64,000 nucleotides of DNA. Origin: Gemmatimonadales bacterium. GTDB lineage: Bacteria > Gemmatimonadota > Gemmatimonadetes > Gemmatimonadales > GWC2-71-9. How positions within the stretch are numbered: position 1 is the first letter of the stretch; every line of letters begins with the position of its first letter. Under the pieces are notes generated by a model that ran no database searches, was not told the origin of the DNA, and saw only the letters and a list, made by a program, of their open reading frames with translations. Shown here piece by piece: positions 1 through 8,001 of the stretch. The position numbers and the translations under genes are program-made. The stretch covers positions 1,306 through 65,305 of the forward strand of contig DATDFC010000118.1 in assembly GCA_036522815.1 (NCBI GenBank). Direction: 5' to 3'.

Positions 1-280
1 CGGCAACGACGACGCGATCCGGGCGGTCTCGCTGATCACCGCGGCGGTCTCGGACGTGATCGGCGAAGCGCGCCGCCAGATGCCGCTGCACGATGCGGCC
101 GAAGAGGGCGAGGGCGTGACCTACTCGACCGAGACGGGCGTCGAGGCGGAGGCGGAAGGCGATAAGAAGAAGAAGCCGGCGCGGCGCAAGCGGCGGCCCA
201 AGCCGGAGGCGATCGCGGCGCGGCTCAAGACGGAGGAGGGGCCGGCCCCAGCGGAATCGAGCGGCGGGGGTGAAGGCTAA
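1..280 (+). CDS. rpsB: 30S ribosomal protein S2, C-terminal fragment (5' end beyond window)
   Basis: Frame from nt 2 reads GNDDAIRAVSLITAAVSDVIGEARR (S2 C-terminal motif) then a charged tail, stop 278-280; directly upstream of tsf. Confidence 0.7.
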   Translation, partial: GNDDAIRAVSLITAAVSDVIGEARRQMPLHDAAEEGEGVTYSTETGVEAEAEGDKKKKPARRKRRPKPEAIAARLKTEEGPAPAESSGGGEG

Positions 281-368
281 CCGTCCGATCCGTTCCTGGT
301 GACAGCACTGACCGCCGCCCTCTCGAGCCCCACGGCGCGAGGGCGGCGTTTTTGCGAGGAGTGAGGAG

Positions 369-977
369 ATGGCGACGGTGAAAGAGATTCCGGCAAAACT
401 GGTGGCCGAGCTGCGCGCCCGTACCGGCGCCGGCATGATGGACTGCAAGAAGGCGCTGGAGGAGACCGGCGGCGACCTGGACAAGGCGGCGGAGGCACTG
501 CGCAAGAGCGGCGCCGTCAAGGCCGAGAAGCGCGCCGGTCGGGAAGCGACACAAGGGCTCATCGGGTCGTACGTGCACCACGACGGCTCGATCGGCGCGC
601 TGGTGGAGCTCAATTGCGAGACCGACTTCGTGGCGCGCACCCCGGAGTTCAAAGAGCTCGCCAAGGAGCTGGCCATGCACGTCGCCTCGGCGAAGCCACT
701 GGCCCTCCGGATCGAGGACTTGCCCGGGGACGTGGTGGAGCGCGAACGACGCGTCTACATGGAGCAGGTAGCGCAACAGAAAAAACCGGAGAACATCCGC
801 GCCAAGATCGTGGACGGCATGCTGAAGAAGTTCTACGAGGAGAACGTCCTGCTGGAGCAGCGGTACGTGCGCGACGACAAGCGCACCATCGGCGAGCTCG
901 TTAAGGAGTTGTCCGCCAAGACGGGCGAAAACGTGCAGCTGCGTCGTTTCGTCCGGTTCGAGCGCGGAGGGGTGTGA
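369..977 (+). CDS. tsf: translation elongation factor Ts (short form, 202 aa)
   Basis: N-terminal motif LRARTGAGMMDCKKALEETGGDLDKA; GAGGAG upstream; rpsB-tsf-pyrH-frr synteny. Confidence 0.95.
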   Translation: MATVKEIPAKLVAELRARTGAGMMDCKKALEETGGDLDKAAEALRKSGAVKAEKRAGREATQGLIGSYVHHDGSIGALVELNCETDFVARTPEFKELAKELAMHVASAKPLALRIEDLPGDVVERERRVYMEQVAQQKKPENIRAKIVDGMLKKFYEENVLLEQRYVRDDKRTIGELVKELSAKTGENVQLRRFVRFERGGV

Positions 978-1718
978 GTGGCGACGGCCCCCGCCCCCCG
1001 GGCGCGGCTCGCCTACCCGCGGGCGCTGCTCAAGCTCTCGGGTGAGGCGTTCGCGGGAGACCGGGGCGCGGGCGGCGGCATCGACTTCGGGGTGATCGAT
1101 CGCCTGGGCGACGAGCTCAAGGGCGTGGCCGCGCTGGGGGTGCAGCTGGGCCTGGTGGTGGGCGGCGGCAACATCCTGCGCGGCACGGCGGCGAGCGAGC
1201 AGGGAATGGATCGCGTCTCCGCGGATTACATGGGCATGCTCGCCACCGTGATCAACGCGCTCGCGCTGCAGGACATTCTCGAGAAGAAGGGCGTGGACAC
1301 GCGCGTCATGAGCGCGATCCGGATGGAAGAGCTGGCGGAGCCCTACATCCGGCGGCGCGCCGTGCGGCACCTCGAAAAGGGTCGGATGGTGATCTTCGCC
1401 GGCGGCACCGGGAACCCGTACTTTTCCACCGATACGGCGGCGGTGCTGCGGGCGCTCGAGGTCGAGGCGAAACTGATCCTCAAGGCGACCAACGTGGACG
1501 GCGTGTACACGGCGGATCCCAAGCAGGACCCCAAGGCAAAGTTTCTGCCGGAGCTCTCGTTCCGCGACGCGCTGGTGAACGGCTACGCCGTGATGGACGC
1601 GAACGCGTTCGGGCTGTGCAAGGAGAACAAGCTCCCCATCGTGGTGTTCAACATCAACCAGCCGGGCGCCACGGCCAGGGTGCTGGCCGGCGAGCGTGTC
1701 GGCACCATCGTGCAATGA
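978..1718 (+). CDS. pyrH: UMP kinase
   Basis: GTG start abutting tsf stop; [35 protein letters not shown]. Confidence 0.95.
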   Translation: MATAPAPRARLAYPRALLKLSGEAFAGDRGAGGGIDFGVIDRLGDELKGVAALGVQLGLVVGGGNILRGTAASEQGMDRVSADYMGMLATVINALALQDILEKKGVDTRVMSAIRMEELAEPYIRRRAVRHLEKGRMVIFAGGTGNPYFSTDTAAVLRALEVEAKLILKATNVDGVYTADPKQDPKAKFLPELSFRDALVNGYAVMDANAFGLCKENKLPIVVFNINQPGATARVLAGERVGTIVQ

Positions 1719-2275
1719 GCCCCTCCACCCTGGCGGACCACGTCAAGCAGGCCAAGCAGGCGATGGACAAGGCGGTGGACGCGGTAAAGCGGGAGTTCGC
1801 CACGGTGCGCACGGGGAAAGCGACGACCGCGCTGCTGGACCTGGTGCGGGTCGAGGCCTACGGGAACGAAATGCCGCTGAACCAGGTGGCGAGCGTGGCG
1901 GCGCCGGAGCCGAAGCTGCTCACCATCCAGCCCTGGGACAAGTCGCTCCTCAAAGCCGTGGAAAAAGCCATCCTCGCGTCCGACCTCGGTCTCACCCCCT
2001 CCAACGACGGCAACATCATCCGCATCCCGCTGCCGCCCCTCACCGAGGAGCGGCGCCGCGAGCTGGTGAAGGTGGTGCACAAGTTCGCCGAAGAGGGCCG
2101 CGTCGCCGTGCGGCACGCGCGCACCGAGGCGATCAGCCGCATCAAGAAGACCGAGCACGTCTCGGACGACGAGAAGAAGCACACCGAGAAGGACGTGCAG
2201 AAGGCCCACGACGAGCACCTCAAGCTCGTGGACGAGGCGGTCAAGGCGAAGGAAGCGGAGATCATGGAGGTCTAG
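1715..2275 (+). CDS. frr: ribosome recycling factor
   Basis: ATG 1715 overlaps pyrH stop (ATGA); [39 protein letters not shown]; ORF 1616..2275 trimmed. Confidence 0.95.
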   Translation: MSPSTLADHVKQAKQAMDKAVDAVKREFATVRTGKATTALLDLVRVEAYGNEMPLNQVASVAAPEPKLLTIQPWDKSLLKAVEKAILASDLGLTPSNDGNIIRIPLPPLTEERRRELVKVVHKFAEEGRVAVRHARTEAISRIKKTEHVSDDEKKHTEKDVQKAHDEHLKLVDEAVKAKEAEIMEV

Positions 2276-2277
2276 CG

Positions 2278-3018
2278 ATGGCGGACGACCTGCTCGCGCA
2301 GATCCGCGGTAATGGGGTCGTCCCGCGCCACGTGGCCGTGATCATGGACGGCAACGGGCGCTGGGCCCGGGAGCGGAGCCTGCCGCGCCCGCTGGGCCAT
2401 CGGGCCGGGATGAAAGCGGTGCGCGAGGTGGTGGAGGGCGCGATCGACGCCGGCGTCGAAGTGCTCACGCTGTTCGCGTTCTCGGCCGAGAACTGGCAGC
2501 GCCCCGCGACCGAGATCTCGGCGCTGATGGAGCTGCTCGAGGAATACATCGCGCGCGAAGTGGCGGAGCTGCGGGAGCAGGGCGTGGCCGTGCACGTGCT
2601 GGGGGATCGCACCCGGCTCGCGCCCGGCGCCCGGGAAGCGGTGGAGCGCGTCGAGCACGAGACGCGCGACGGCGCCAAGCTGGCCCTGAACTTGTGCATC
2701 TCGTACTCGTCGCGCGCCGAGCTGACGCGCGCCGCGCGTCTCCTGGCCGAGGACGTGCTCAAGGGGGCGAAGCGGCTCGAGGACATCGGGGAAGACGCGG
2801 TGCGCGAGAAGTTGTACACCGCTCCCTGGGGGGACCCCGATCTGCTGATCCGCACGTCGGGCGAGTACCGGCTGTCGAACTTCCTGCTGTGGCAGCTCGC
2901 CTACACGGAGCTGTACGTCACGCCCGTCCTCTGGCCCGACGTCACGCGTCGCGACCTGTTCGGGGCCATCCTCGATTACCAGCGGCGGGACCGGCGCTTC
3001 GGAAAAGTCCCGGTGTGA
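2278..3018 (+). CDS. uppS: undecaprenyl diphosphate synthase
   Basis: HVAVIMDGNGRWA, TLFAFSAENWQRP, IRTSGEYRLSNFLLWQLAYTELY; ORF 1696..3018 trimmed to ATG 2278. Confidence 0.95.
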   Translation: MADDLLAQIRGNGVVPRHVAVIMDGNGRWARERSLPRPLGHRAGMKAVREVVEGAIDAGVEVLTLFAFSAENWQRPATEISALMELLEEYIAREVAELREQGVAVHVLGDRTRLAPGAREAVERVEHETRDGAKLALNLCISYSSRAELTRAARLLAEDVLKGAKRLEDIGEDAVREKLYTAPWGDPDLLIRTSGEYRLSNFLLWQLAYTELYVTPVLWPDVTRRDLFGAILDYQRRDRRFGKVPV

Positions 3019-3869
3019 TCTCGCGCAATCTGCTGGTCCGTATCGCTTTTGCCGTTCCGGCCATCGCCGCGACGCTGCTGCTGTTGCGGCTGGGCGGCTG
3101 GGCACTCGCCGGCGTGCTGGCGGTGCTGGGCGTGCTGGGCACGCGCGAGGTATACGACTTCGCGCGCGCGCAGGGCATCGAGCCGCTGGAATGGCCCGGC
3201 TTCATCGGCGCGGCCCTGTGCCCGCTCGCCGTCTACTGGGTGAAGGGCTACGCCGAGTGGGAGCCGGTGGTATACGTCGGCGCGGTGTGGCTGCTGGTGG
3301 TGCTGGTGGTGGGGGCCGCCCGCGGGCCGGACCATCGGCCCCTCACCGCGGTGGCCGTCACGGTGTTCGGAGGCATGTACGCGTCGGGGATGCTGTCGTT
3401 CATCGTGGCCATCCGGCACGGGCCGCACAGCGATGCCCACCAGCTCGGCTCGGTGGCCCTGGTCGTGCTGCCGCTCGTGGTGACCTGGATCTGCGACACC
3501 TGCGCGATGGCGGCGGGGACGCTGGTGGGCGGACCGAAGCTCGCGCCGGTGTTGTCACCGCGGAAGACGTGGGCCGGTGCCGTGGGAGGACTGGTGGGCG
3601 GGCTTGCCGCGGCGCTGGCATACGGGCCACTGGTGCTCGACCGCGTCGCCTTGCGGCTCGACGTGTGGCAGCTGGTGACGGTGGGCGTGGTGGTGGCGGT
3701 GGCCGCCCAGGTGGGCGACGTGACCGAGTCGCTGTTCAAGCGCGAAGCGGGTGTGAAGGATTCCTCCTCGCTCATTCCGGGTCACGGCGGCGTGCTCGAT
3801 CGGCTCGATTCGCTGTACTTCGTGCTGCCGCTCACGGCCGGCCTGTTCCGCATGTTCGGGGTCGCATGA
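3015..3869 (+). CDS. cdsA: phosphatidate cytidylyltransferase
   Basis: GTG 3015 overlaps uppS stop; multi-TM; signature SLFKREAGVKDSSSLIPGHGGVLDRLDS. Confidence 0.9.
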   Translation: MISRNLLVRIAFAVPAIAATLLLLRLGGWALAGVLAVLGVLGTREVYDFARAQGIEPLEWPGFIGAALCPLAVYWVKGYAEWEPVVYVGAVWLLVVLVVGAARGPDHRPLTAVAVTVFGGMYASGMLSFIVAIRHGPHSDAHQLGSVALVVLPLVVTWICDTCAMAAGTLVGGPKLAPVLSPRKTWAGAVGGLVGGLAAALAYGPLVLDRVALRLDVWQLVTVGVVVAVAAQVGDVTESLFKREAGVKDSSSLIPGHGGVLDRLDSLYFVLPLTAGLFRMFGVA

Positions 3870-4993
3870 GCGTCGGCGTGGCGATTCTGGGCTCGACCGG
3901 GTCGATCGGGTGCTCCACGCTGCAGGTGTTGGGGCGTCAGCGGGAACGGTTCCGGGTGACGGCGTTGACGGCGTACTCGAACGCGGAACTGCTCGAGCGT
4001 CAAGCAGCGGAGTGGAAACCGGCGTACCTGGGGCTGGTCAACGGCGGGAAAGGGGAAAGGGGAAAGGGGAAAGGGACGGCGTGTCTGGTCGAGGCCGCGA
4101 CGCATCCCGACGTGCAGATCGTGGTGAATGCGGTCGTGGGTGCGGCGGGGCTCGAGGCGACCCTGGCGGCACTCAAGGCCGGGAAGCGCGTGGCGCTCGC
4201 CAACAAGGAGACGCTGGTGATGGCGGGCGAGCTGGTCACCCGCACGGCGCGCGAGGGGGGCGGGGAGATCGTCCCGGTCGACTCGGAGCACAGCGCGGTG
4301 CTGCAGTGCGTCACCGGGCGGCAGCCGGCGGAGCTGGCCCGGCTCATCCTGACGGCATCGGGCGGGCCGTTCCGCACCTGGACGGCGGAGCGCGTGGCCG
4401 GCGCCACCGTGGACGAAGCGCTGCGCCACCCCACCTGGAAGATGGGGAAGAAGATCACCGTCGATTCCGCCACGCTCGTCAACAAGGCGCTCGAGGTGAT
4501 CGAGGCGCACTACCTGTTCCGCCTGCCGTACGACGCGGTGGAGGTGGTGGTGCATCCCCAGTCGGTGGTGCACGCCTTCGTCGAGTTCGTGGACGGCTCC
4601 GTGCTGGCCCAGGTGGGCTTCCCCACGATGGAGCTGCCGATTCTCTACGCTCTCACTCACCCGCGGCGCGTCCCGGACGCGGGCACGCGCCGGTTCGATC
4701 CGGTGGCGGCGGGGACGCTCACGTTCGAGCCCGTGTCGCCCGAGCTCTATCCTGCGTACCGGTTGGGGCGAGCGGCGGCGGGGGCGGGCGGCACCGCGGC
4801 GACGGCGTTCAACGCGGCCAACGAGGTGGCGGTAGAGCTGTTTCTCGCGGGAAAGATCCGCTTCGGCAAGATCGGCGAGACGATCGCGCGCGTGCTCGAC
4901 GGGCACCAGGCGGGCGATGCCGGGACGCTCGAGGCGGTACTCGCCGCCGACGCGGAGGCGCGCCGGTTGGCGCGGGAGGCCGCGTGCCGCTGA
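3866..4993 (+). CDS. dxr: 1-deoxy-D-xylulose 5-phosphate reductoisomerase
   Basis: ATG 3866 overlaps cdsA stop (ATGA); ILGSTGSIGCSTL, LANKETLV, PVDSEHSA, HPTWKMGKKITVDSATL. Confidence 0.95.
   Translation: MSVGVAILGSTGSIGCSTLQVLGRQRERFRVTALTAYSNAELLERQAAEWKPAYLGLVNGGKGERGKGKGTACLVEAATHPDVQIVVNAVVGAAGLEATLAALKAGKRVALANKETLVMAGELVTRTAREGGGEIVPVDSEHSAVLQCVTGRQPAELARLILTASGGPFRTWTAERVAGATVDEALRHPTWKMGKKITVDSATLVNKALEVIEAHYLFRLPYDAVEVVVHPQSVVHAFVEFVDGSVLAQVGFPTMELPILYALTHPRRVPDAGTRRFDPVAAGTLTFEPVSPELYPAYRLGRAAAGAGGTAATAFNAANEVAVELFLAGKIRFGKIGETIARVLDGHQAGDAGTLEAVLAADAEARRLAREAACR
4046..4075 (+). repeat. G-run heptad repeat GGG(G)AAA, five G-runs (G-quadruplex-type motif) inside dxr
   Basis: gggaaaggggaaaggggaaaggggaaaggg read directly; encodes GKGERGKGKG. 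Confidence 0.85.
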
Positions 4994-6360
4994 CGCTCGC
5001 CGCGTTCATCGTGGTGATCGGCGTGCTCATTTTCATTCACGAGGCGGGCCACTTCGTCGTCGCCAAGGTGGTCGGCATCCAGGTGCTGCGCTTCTCGCTC
5101 GGCTTCGGCCGGCCGATCCTGCGGTGGCGCCGCGGGGAGACGGAGTACTGGATCTCCTGGATTCCGTTCGGCGGCTACGTGAAGATGGCGGGGCTCGAAG
5201 ACGAAGGCATGGCGGGCGAGCTGGAAGGGGGCGCGAGCGCCGAGCCGATCGATCCCGCGCGCGCCTTCGACAAGAAGCCGGTGGCCGTCCGGCTGATGGT
5301 CGTGTGCGCCGGCGTGGCGATGAACGCGCTGCTGGCGTTCGTCATCTTCGCGGCGCTGGCCGGCAGCGTGGGCACGCCGGAGCTGAACACCACCCAGATC
5401 GACTCGGTGGTCACGGCGCGGCTCCCGGCCGGCGCGCGCGCGCTGGCATCGCTCGCGCCGGGCGACCGCATCGTGCGCATCAACGACGACACGATCCGCA
5501 CCTGGGACGACGTGGTGCGGCAGATCGTCAGCGGTCCCGCCGGGCTCAAGTTCCACGTCGCCGGGCGAGCCGAGCCGCTGGTGATCGACCTGGGGCAGGG
5601 AGGATTGGCGACGCGCCAGGCCGTGGCGGATGCGCTCGTACCCGAGGTTCCGGTCGTGGTGCAGCGCCTGGAAGAGGGGCGGCCGGCGCTACGCGCCGGG
5701 CTCAAACCGGGCGACGTGGTGGTCGCCCTGGACGGGGCGCCGGTACGGTCAGTCGAGCGCTTTCTCGAGCGCATCTGGATCAGCGGGGGACGGCCGATGG
5801 CGTTCCAGGTGCAGCGCGGCGACACGCGCCTCTCCTTCACGATCGTGCCCGACACCGCGACCGGGGTCGATCCCCAGTACCCCAAGCGTCCGCGCACCTA
5901 CGGATTCATCGGAGCGCAGCTAAAACCCGGCGTCACGCGGGTGCGCAAACCGCCGGGCGAGGCGATCGCGAGCGGGTGGCAGGAAACGACGCGCACCGCC
6001 GTCATCATCCTCGGCTTCCTCAAGGGGCTTGTCTTGGGTCAGATCTCGGTGCGCGACATCGGCGGACCGATCGGCGTGGCCCAGATGTCGGGCCAGGCGG
6101 CCCGACTCGGTCTCGACTGGCTGCTGCGCTTCATGGCGTTCTTCTCGATCAACCTGGCGATCCTCAATCTGCTGCCGATCCCGATCCTGGACGGCGGGCA
6201 GGTGGTGTTCCTCGTCGCCGAGGCGGTGCGGCGCAAGCCGCTGCCGCTCGAGCTGCGGCTGCGCCTCACGCAGATCGGGTTCGTGGTGCTGCTCGGCATC
6301 ATGATCCTCGCCACCTCGAACGACGTGTTGCGCTGGCTGGGGCATGTCTTCAAGCATTAG
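4984..6360 (+). CDS. rseP: site-2 (RIP) zinc metalloprotease RseP
   Basis: GTG 4984 overlaps dxr stop; HEAGHFVVAK (HExxH), PDZ-like middle, C-terminal NLLPIPILDGG. Confidence 0.9.
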   Translation: MPLTLAAFIVVIGVLIFIHEAGHFVVAKVVGIQVLRFSLGFGRPILRWRRGETEYWISWIPFGGYVKMAGLEDEGMAGELEGGASAEPIDPARAFDKKPVAVRLMVVCAGVAMNALLAFVIFAALAGSVGTPELNTTQIDSVVTARLPAGARALASLAPGDRIVRINDDTIRTWDDVVRQIVSGPAGLKFHVAGRAEPLVIDLGQGGLATRQAVADALVPEVPVVVQRLEEGRPALRAGLKPGDVVVALDGAPVRSVERFLERIWISGGRPMAFQVQRGDTRLSFTIVPDTATGVDPQYPKRPRTYGFIGAQLKPGVTRVRKPPGEAIASGWQETTRTAVIILGFLKGLVLGQISVRDIGGPIGVAQMSGQAARLGLDWLLRFMAFFSINLAILNLLPIPILDGGQVVFLVAEAVRRKPLPLELRLRLTQIGFVVLLGIMILATSNDVLRWLGHVFKH

Positions 6361-6721
6361 GCCGGAGCTGGAGGGCTTCGTCGCGGGGCGCGTGAAAGCG
6401 GAGCGGTTGGTGATCGCCGTCTCGGCGGCGTACTACCGGGACTCGAGAAACGGGAATCGGGAAACGTTACGCCCCCTGATCGATGTGATCGATCGCGCCT
6501 CGCCGGGGATCGTGGAGCTGGGGATCGTGGCGGGCGGGGCGGGGTTCGAGATCAGGCTGGCGGAGCGGCCGTTTCCGAAGGAACACGAATCGGAACTCAA
6601 GCGGGCTGCCGAGGCGGTACTCGCGGGAATGGGGAAAGGGGAAACGGGAAAGGTGGAGCCCACGAACGCCACCGGCCTCTGGTCTTGGATCCGCCGCCTG
6701 TTCAGCCGCGCGTCACCCTGA
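6344..6721 (+). CDS. hypothetical protein (125 aa)
   Basis: ORF overlapping rseP stop by 17 nt; no motif recognised; contains two G-run heptad stretches; 9-nt convergent overlap with kinase gene. Confidence 0.4.
   Translation: MSSSIRPELEGFVAGRVKAERLVIAVSAAYYRDSRNGNRETLRPLIDVIDRASPGIVELGIVAGGAGFEIRLAERPFPKEHESELKRAAEAVLAGMGKGETGKVEPTNATGLWSWIRRLFSRASP
6625..6648 (+). repeat. G-run repeat GGG-AAT-GGGG-AAA-GGGG-AAAC-GGG (G-quadruplex-type motif)
   Basis: Read directly; a related stretch aaacgggaatcgggaaacg lies at 6449-6466 in the same ORF. Confidence 0.8.
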
Positions 6722-7597
6722 CCACCAGCGCCGTAACCGACCCAGCAGCCCATCCGCCCCGCCGTCTTTCCCACCGAGGTCGGCGAGCAAATCGGCGGCA
6801 TCGCGATAGCGGTCGTCGGGATGCTTCGCCAGGCACTTCATCACCACACGCTCGAACCGCTTGGACAGCTCCGGGCGCTTCTTGCGGAGCGACGGGGGCG
6901 TGTCCTCCACGTGCATGCGCGCCAGCTCGAACCAGTCGTTCGACGTAAACGGCACCTCCCCCGTCGCCGCCTTGAAGAGCGTCACGCCGAGCGCGTAGAG
7001 ATCCACGCGCGCGTCGAGCGGGCGACCCTGGGCCTGCTCGGGAGACAGGTACTGCGGCGTCCCGATGGTCATGTTCACGCCGGTGGAGGCGACGTAGCCC
7101 GAGAGCGCGCGCGCGATGCCGAAGTCCGAGATCACGGCGCTGCCGTCGGAGTGGAGCAGGATGTTGTCGGGCTTCAGGTCGCGGTGGATCACGCCCTGCG
7201 CGTGGGCGAAGCCGAGCCCCTGGGCCACGTCGCCGGCGATGCGGACGATGTCCGCTTCGGGGAGCGGGCCCTCGCGCTGCAATCGCGCGGCGAGCGAATC
7301 GGCGCACAGGTCCATCCCGAAGTACACGTAGTTGCCGGAGCGCGCCACGAAGCGGATACGGATGATGTTGGGATGCTTGAGCTGCGCCGCGGTCTCGGCC
7401 TCGTTGCGGAAGCGGCGCTCGAACTGGGGGTCGCCGGCGTAGCGCGGCATCAGGACCTTCACGGCGACGGGGGACCCGTCCAGCTCATGGCCGCGGAACA
7501 CCCAGGCGAAGCCACCCTGGCCGAGCAGCCGCTCCAGGTCGTAGGGGCCGACGGTGCGTCCGACCAGGTCGGTGGGCGGCGGAGGCGCGTGGGTCAC
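6713..7597 (-). CDS. Ser/Thr protein kinase (kinase domain only, 294 aa)
   Basis: GQGGFAWVF glycine loop, VAVKVL, HRDLKPDNILL, DFGIA, GTPQYLSPE; GTG start. Confidence 0.85.
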   Translation of the reverse strand: MTHAPPPPTDLVGRTVGPYDLERLLGQGGFAWVFRGHELDGSPVAVKVLMPRYAGDPQFERRFRNEAETAAQLKHPNIIRIRFVARSGNYVYFGMDLCADSLAARLQREGPLPEADIVRIAGDVAQGLGFAHAQGVIHRDLKPDNILLHSDGSAVISDFGIARALSGYVASTGVNMTIGTPQYLSPEQAQGRPLDARVDLYALGVTLFKAATGEVPFTSNDWFELARMHVEDTPPSLRKKRPELSKRFERVVMKCLAKHPDDRYRDAADLLADLGGKDGGADGLLGRLRRWWSG

Positions 7598-7603
7598 GAG
7601 GCC

Positions 7604-7632
7604 TTTACAAATCAGTGCCGGCGGTCTAAGTT
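7604..7632 (+). promoter_or_regulatory. candidate sigma70-like promoter for rpsO (TTTACA-N17-TAAGTT)
   Basis: Hexamers read in the 68-nt gap between the divergent kinase gene and rpsO; spacing 17 nt; no experimental basis. Confidence 0.25.
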
Positions 7633-7665
7633 ACTGCGCTCTCAACAATTAGGGAACTGGAACAG

Positions 7666-7923
7666 ATGTACGACAAGACGACGCCGGTCAGGAAGTACGG
7701 GCGGCACGAGGGAGACACGGGGTCAGCCCCGGTCCAGATCGCGCTGCTCACCGAGCGGATCAACAGCCTCACCGACCACTTCCGGGTCCACGCCAAGGAC
7801 TTTCACGGGCAGCGCGGCCTGTTGCGTATGGTGTCGCAGCGCCGGCGCCTGCTCGAGTACCTGAAGCGCGCCGACCTGGAGCGGTATCGGCAGCTCATCG
7901 AAGAGCTGGGTCTCCGCCATTAA
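7666..7923 (+). CDS. rpsO: 30S ribosomal protein S15
   Basis: [51 protein letters not shown]; upstream of pnp. Confidence 0.95.
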   Translation: MYDKTTPVRKYGRHEGDTGSAPVQIALLTERINSLTDHFRVHAKDFHGQRGLLRMVSQRRRLLEYLKRADLERYRQLIEELGLRH

Positions 7924-7942
7924 TACCGCTGGCGTCGCGTTG

Positions 7943-7969
7943 GGCGCCCCGGAAGAGCACCGGGGCGCC
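7943..7969 (+). terminator. rpsO-pnp intergenic hairpin (10-bp GC stem, 7-nt loop), terminator/processing site
   Basis: ggcgccccgg-aagagca-ccggggcgcc followed by tcgcgcatttctttg; position equivalent to the pnp leader hairpin of other bacteria. Confidence 0.5.
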
Positions 7970-8001
7970 TCGCGCATTTCTTTGTGCTCTAGACAGGCAA
8001 T

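Noticed and set aside
225-1715. 496-aa - strand ORF antisense to tsf/pyrH (similar cases: 7723..10104, 9453..10712, 3782..4906, 11414..12343, 50572..51453, 60024..60879)
   Set aside because: These are Arg/Gly/His-rich, low-complexity translations opposite well-conserved + strand genes. This is the typical open antisense frame of high-GC DNA.
3910-6360. Very long + strand ORFs (3191..4993, 3910..6360, 1696..3018, 2694..3869, 50041..51204, 45587..46774, 62332..63711)
   Set aside because: Their 5' portions overlap upstream genes out of frame and are Arg/Gly-rich noise. They were trimmed to internal starts where conserved N-termini begin, often at ATGA or GTGA overlaps.
6821-7864. 347-aa + strand ORF across the kinase locus and rpsO
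   Set aside because: It is antisense to a kinase with all catalytic motifs and out of frame with rpsO. Its composition is noise-like.
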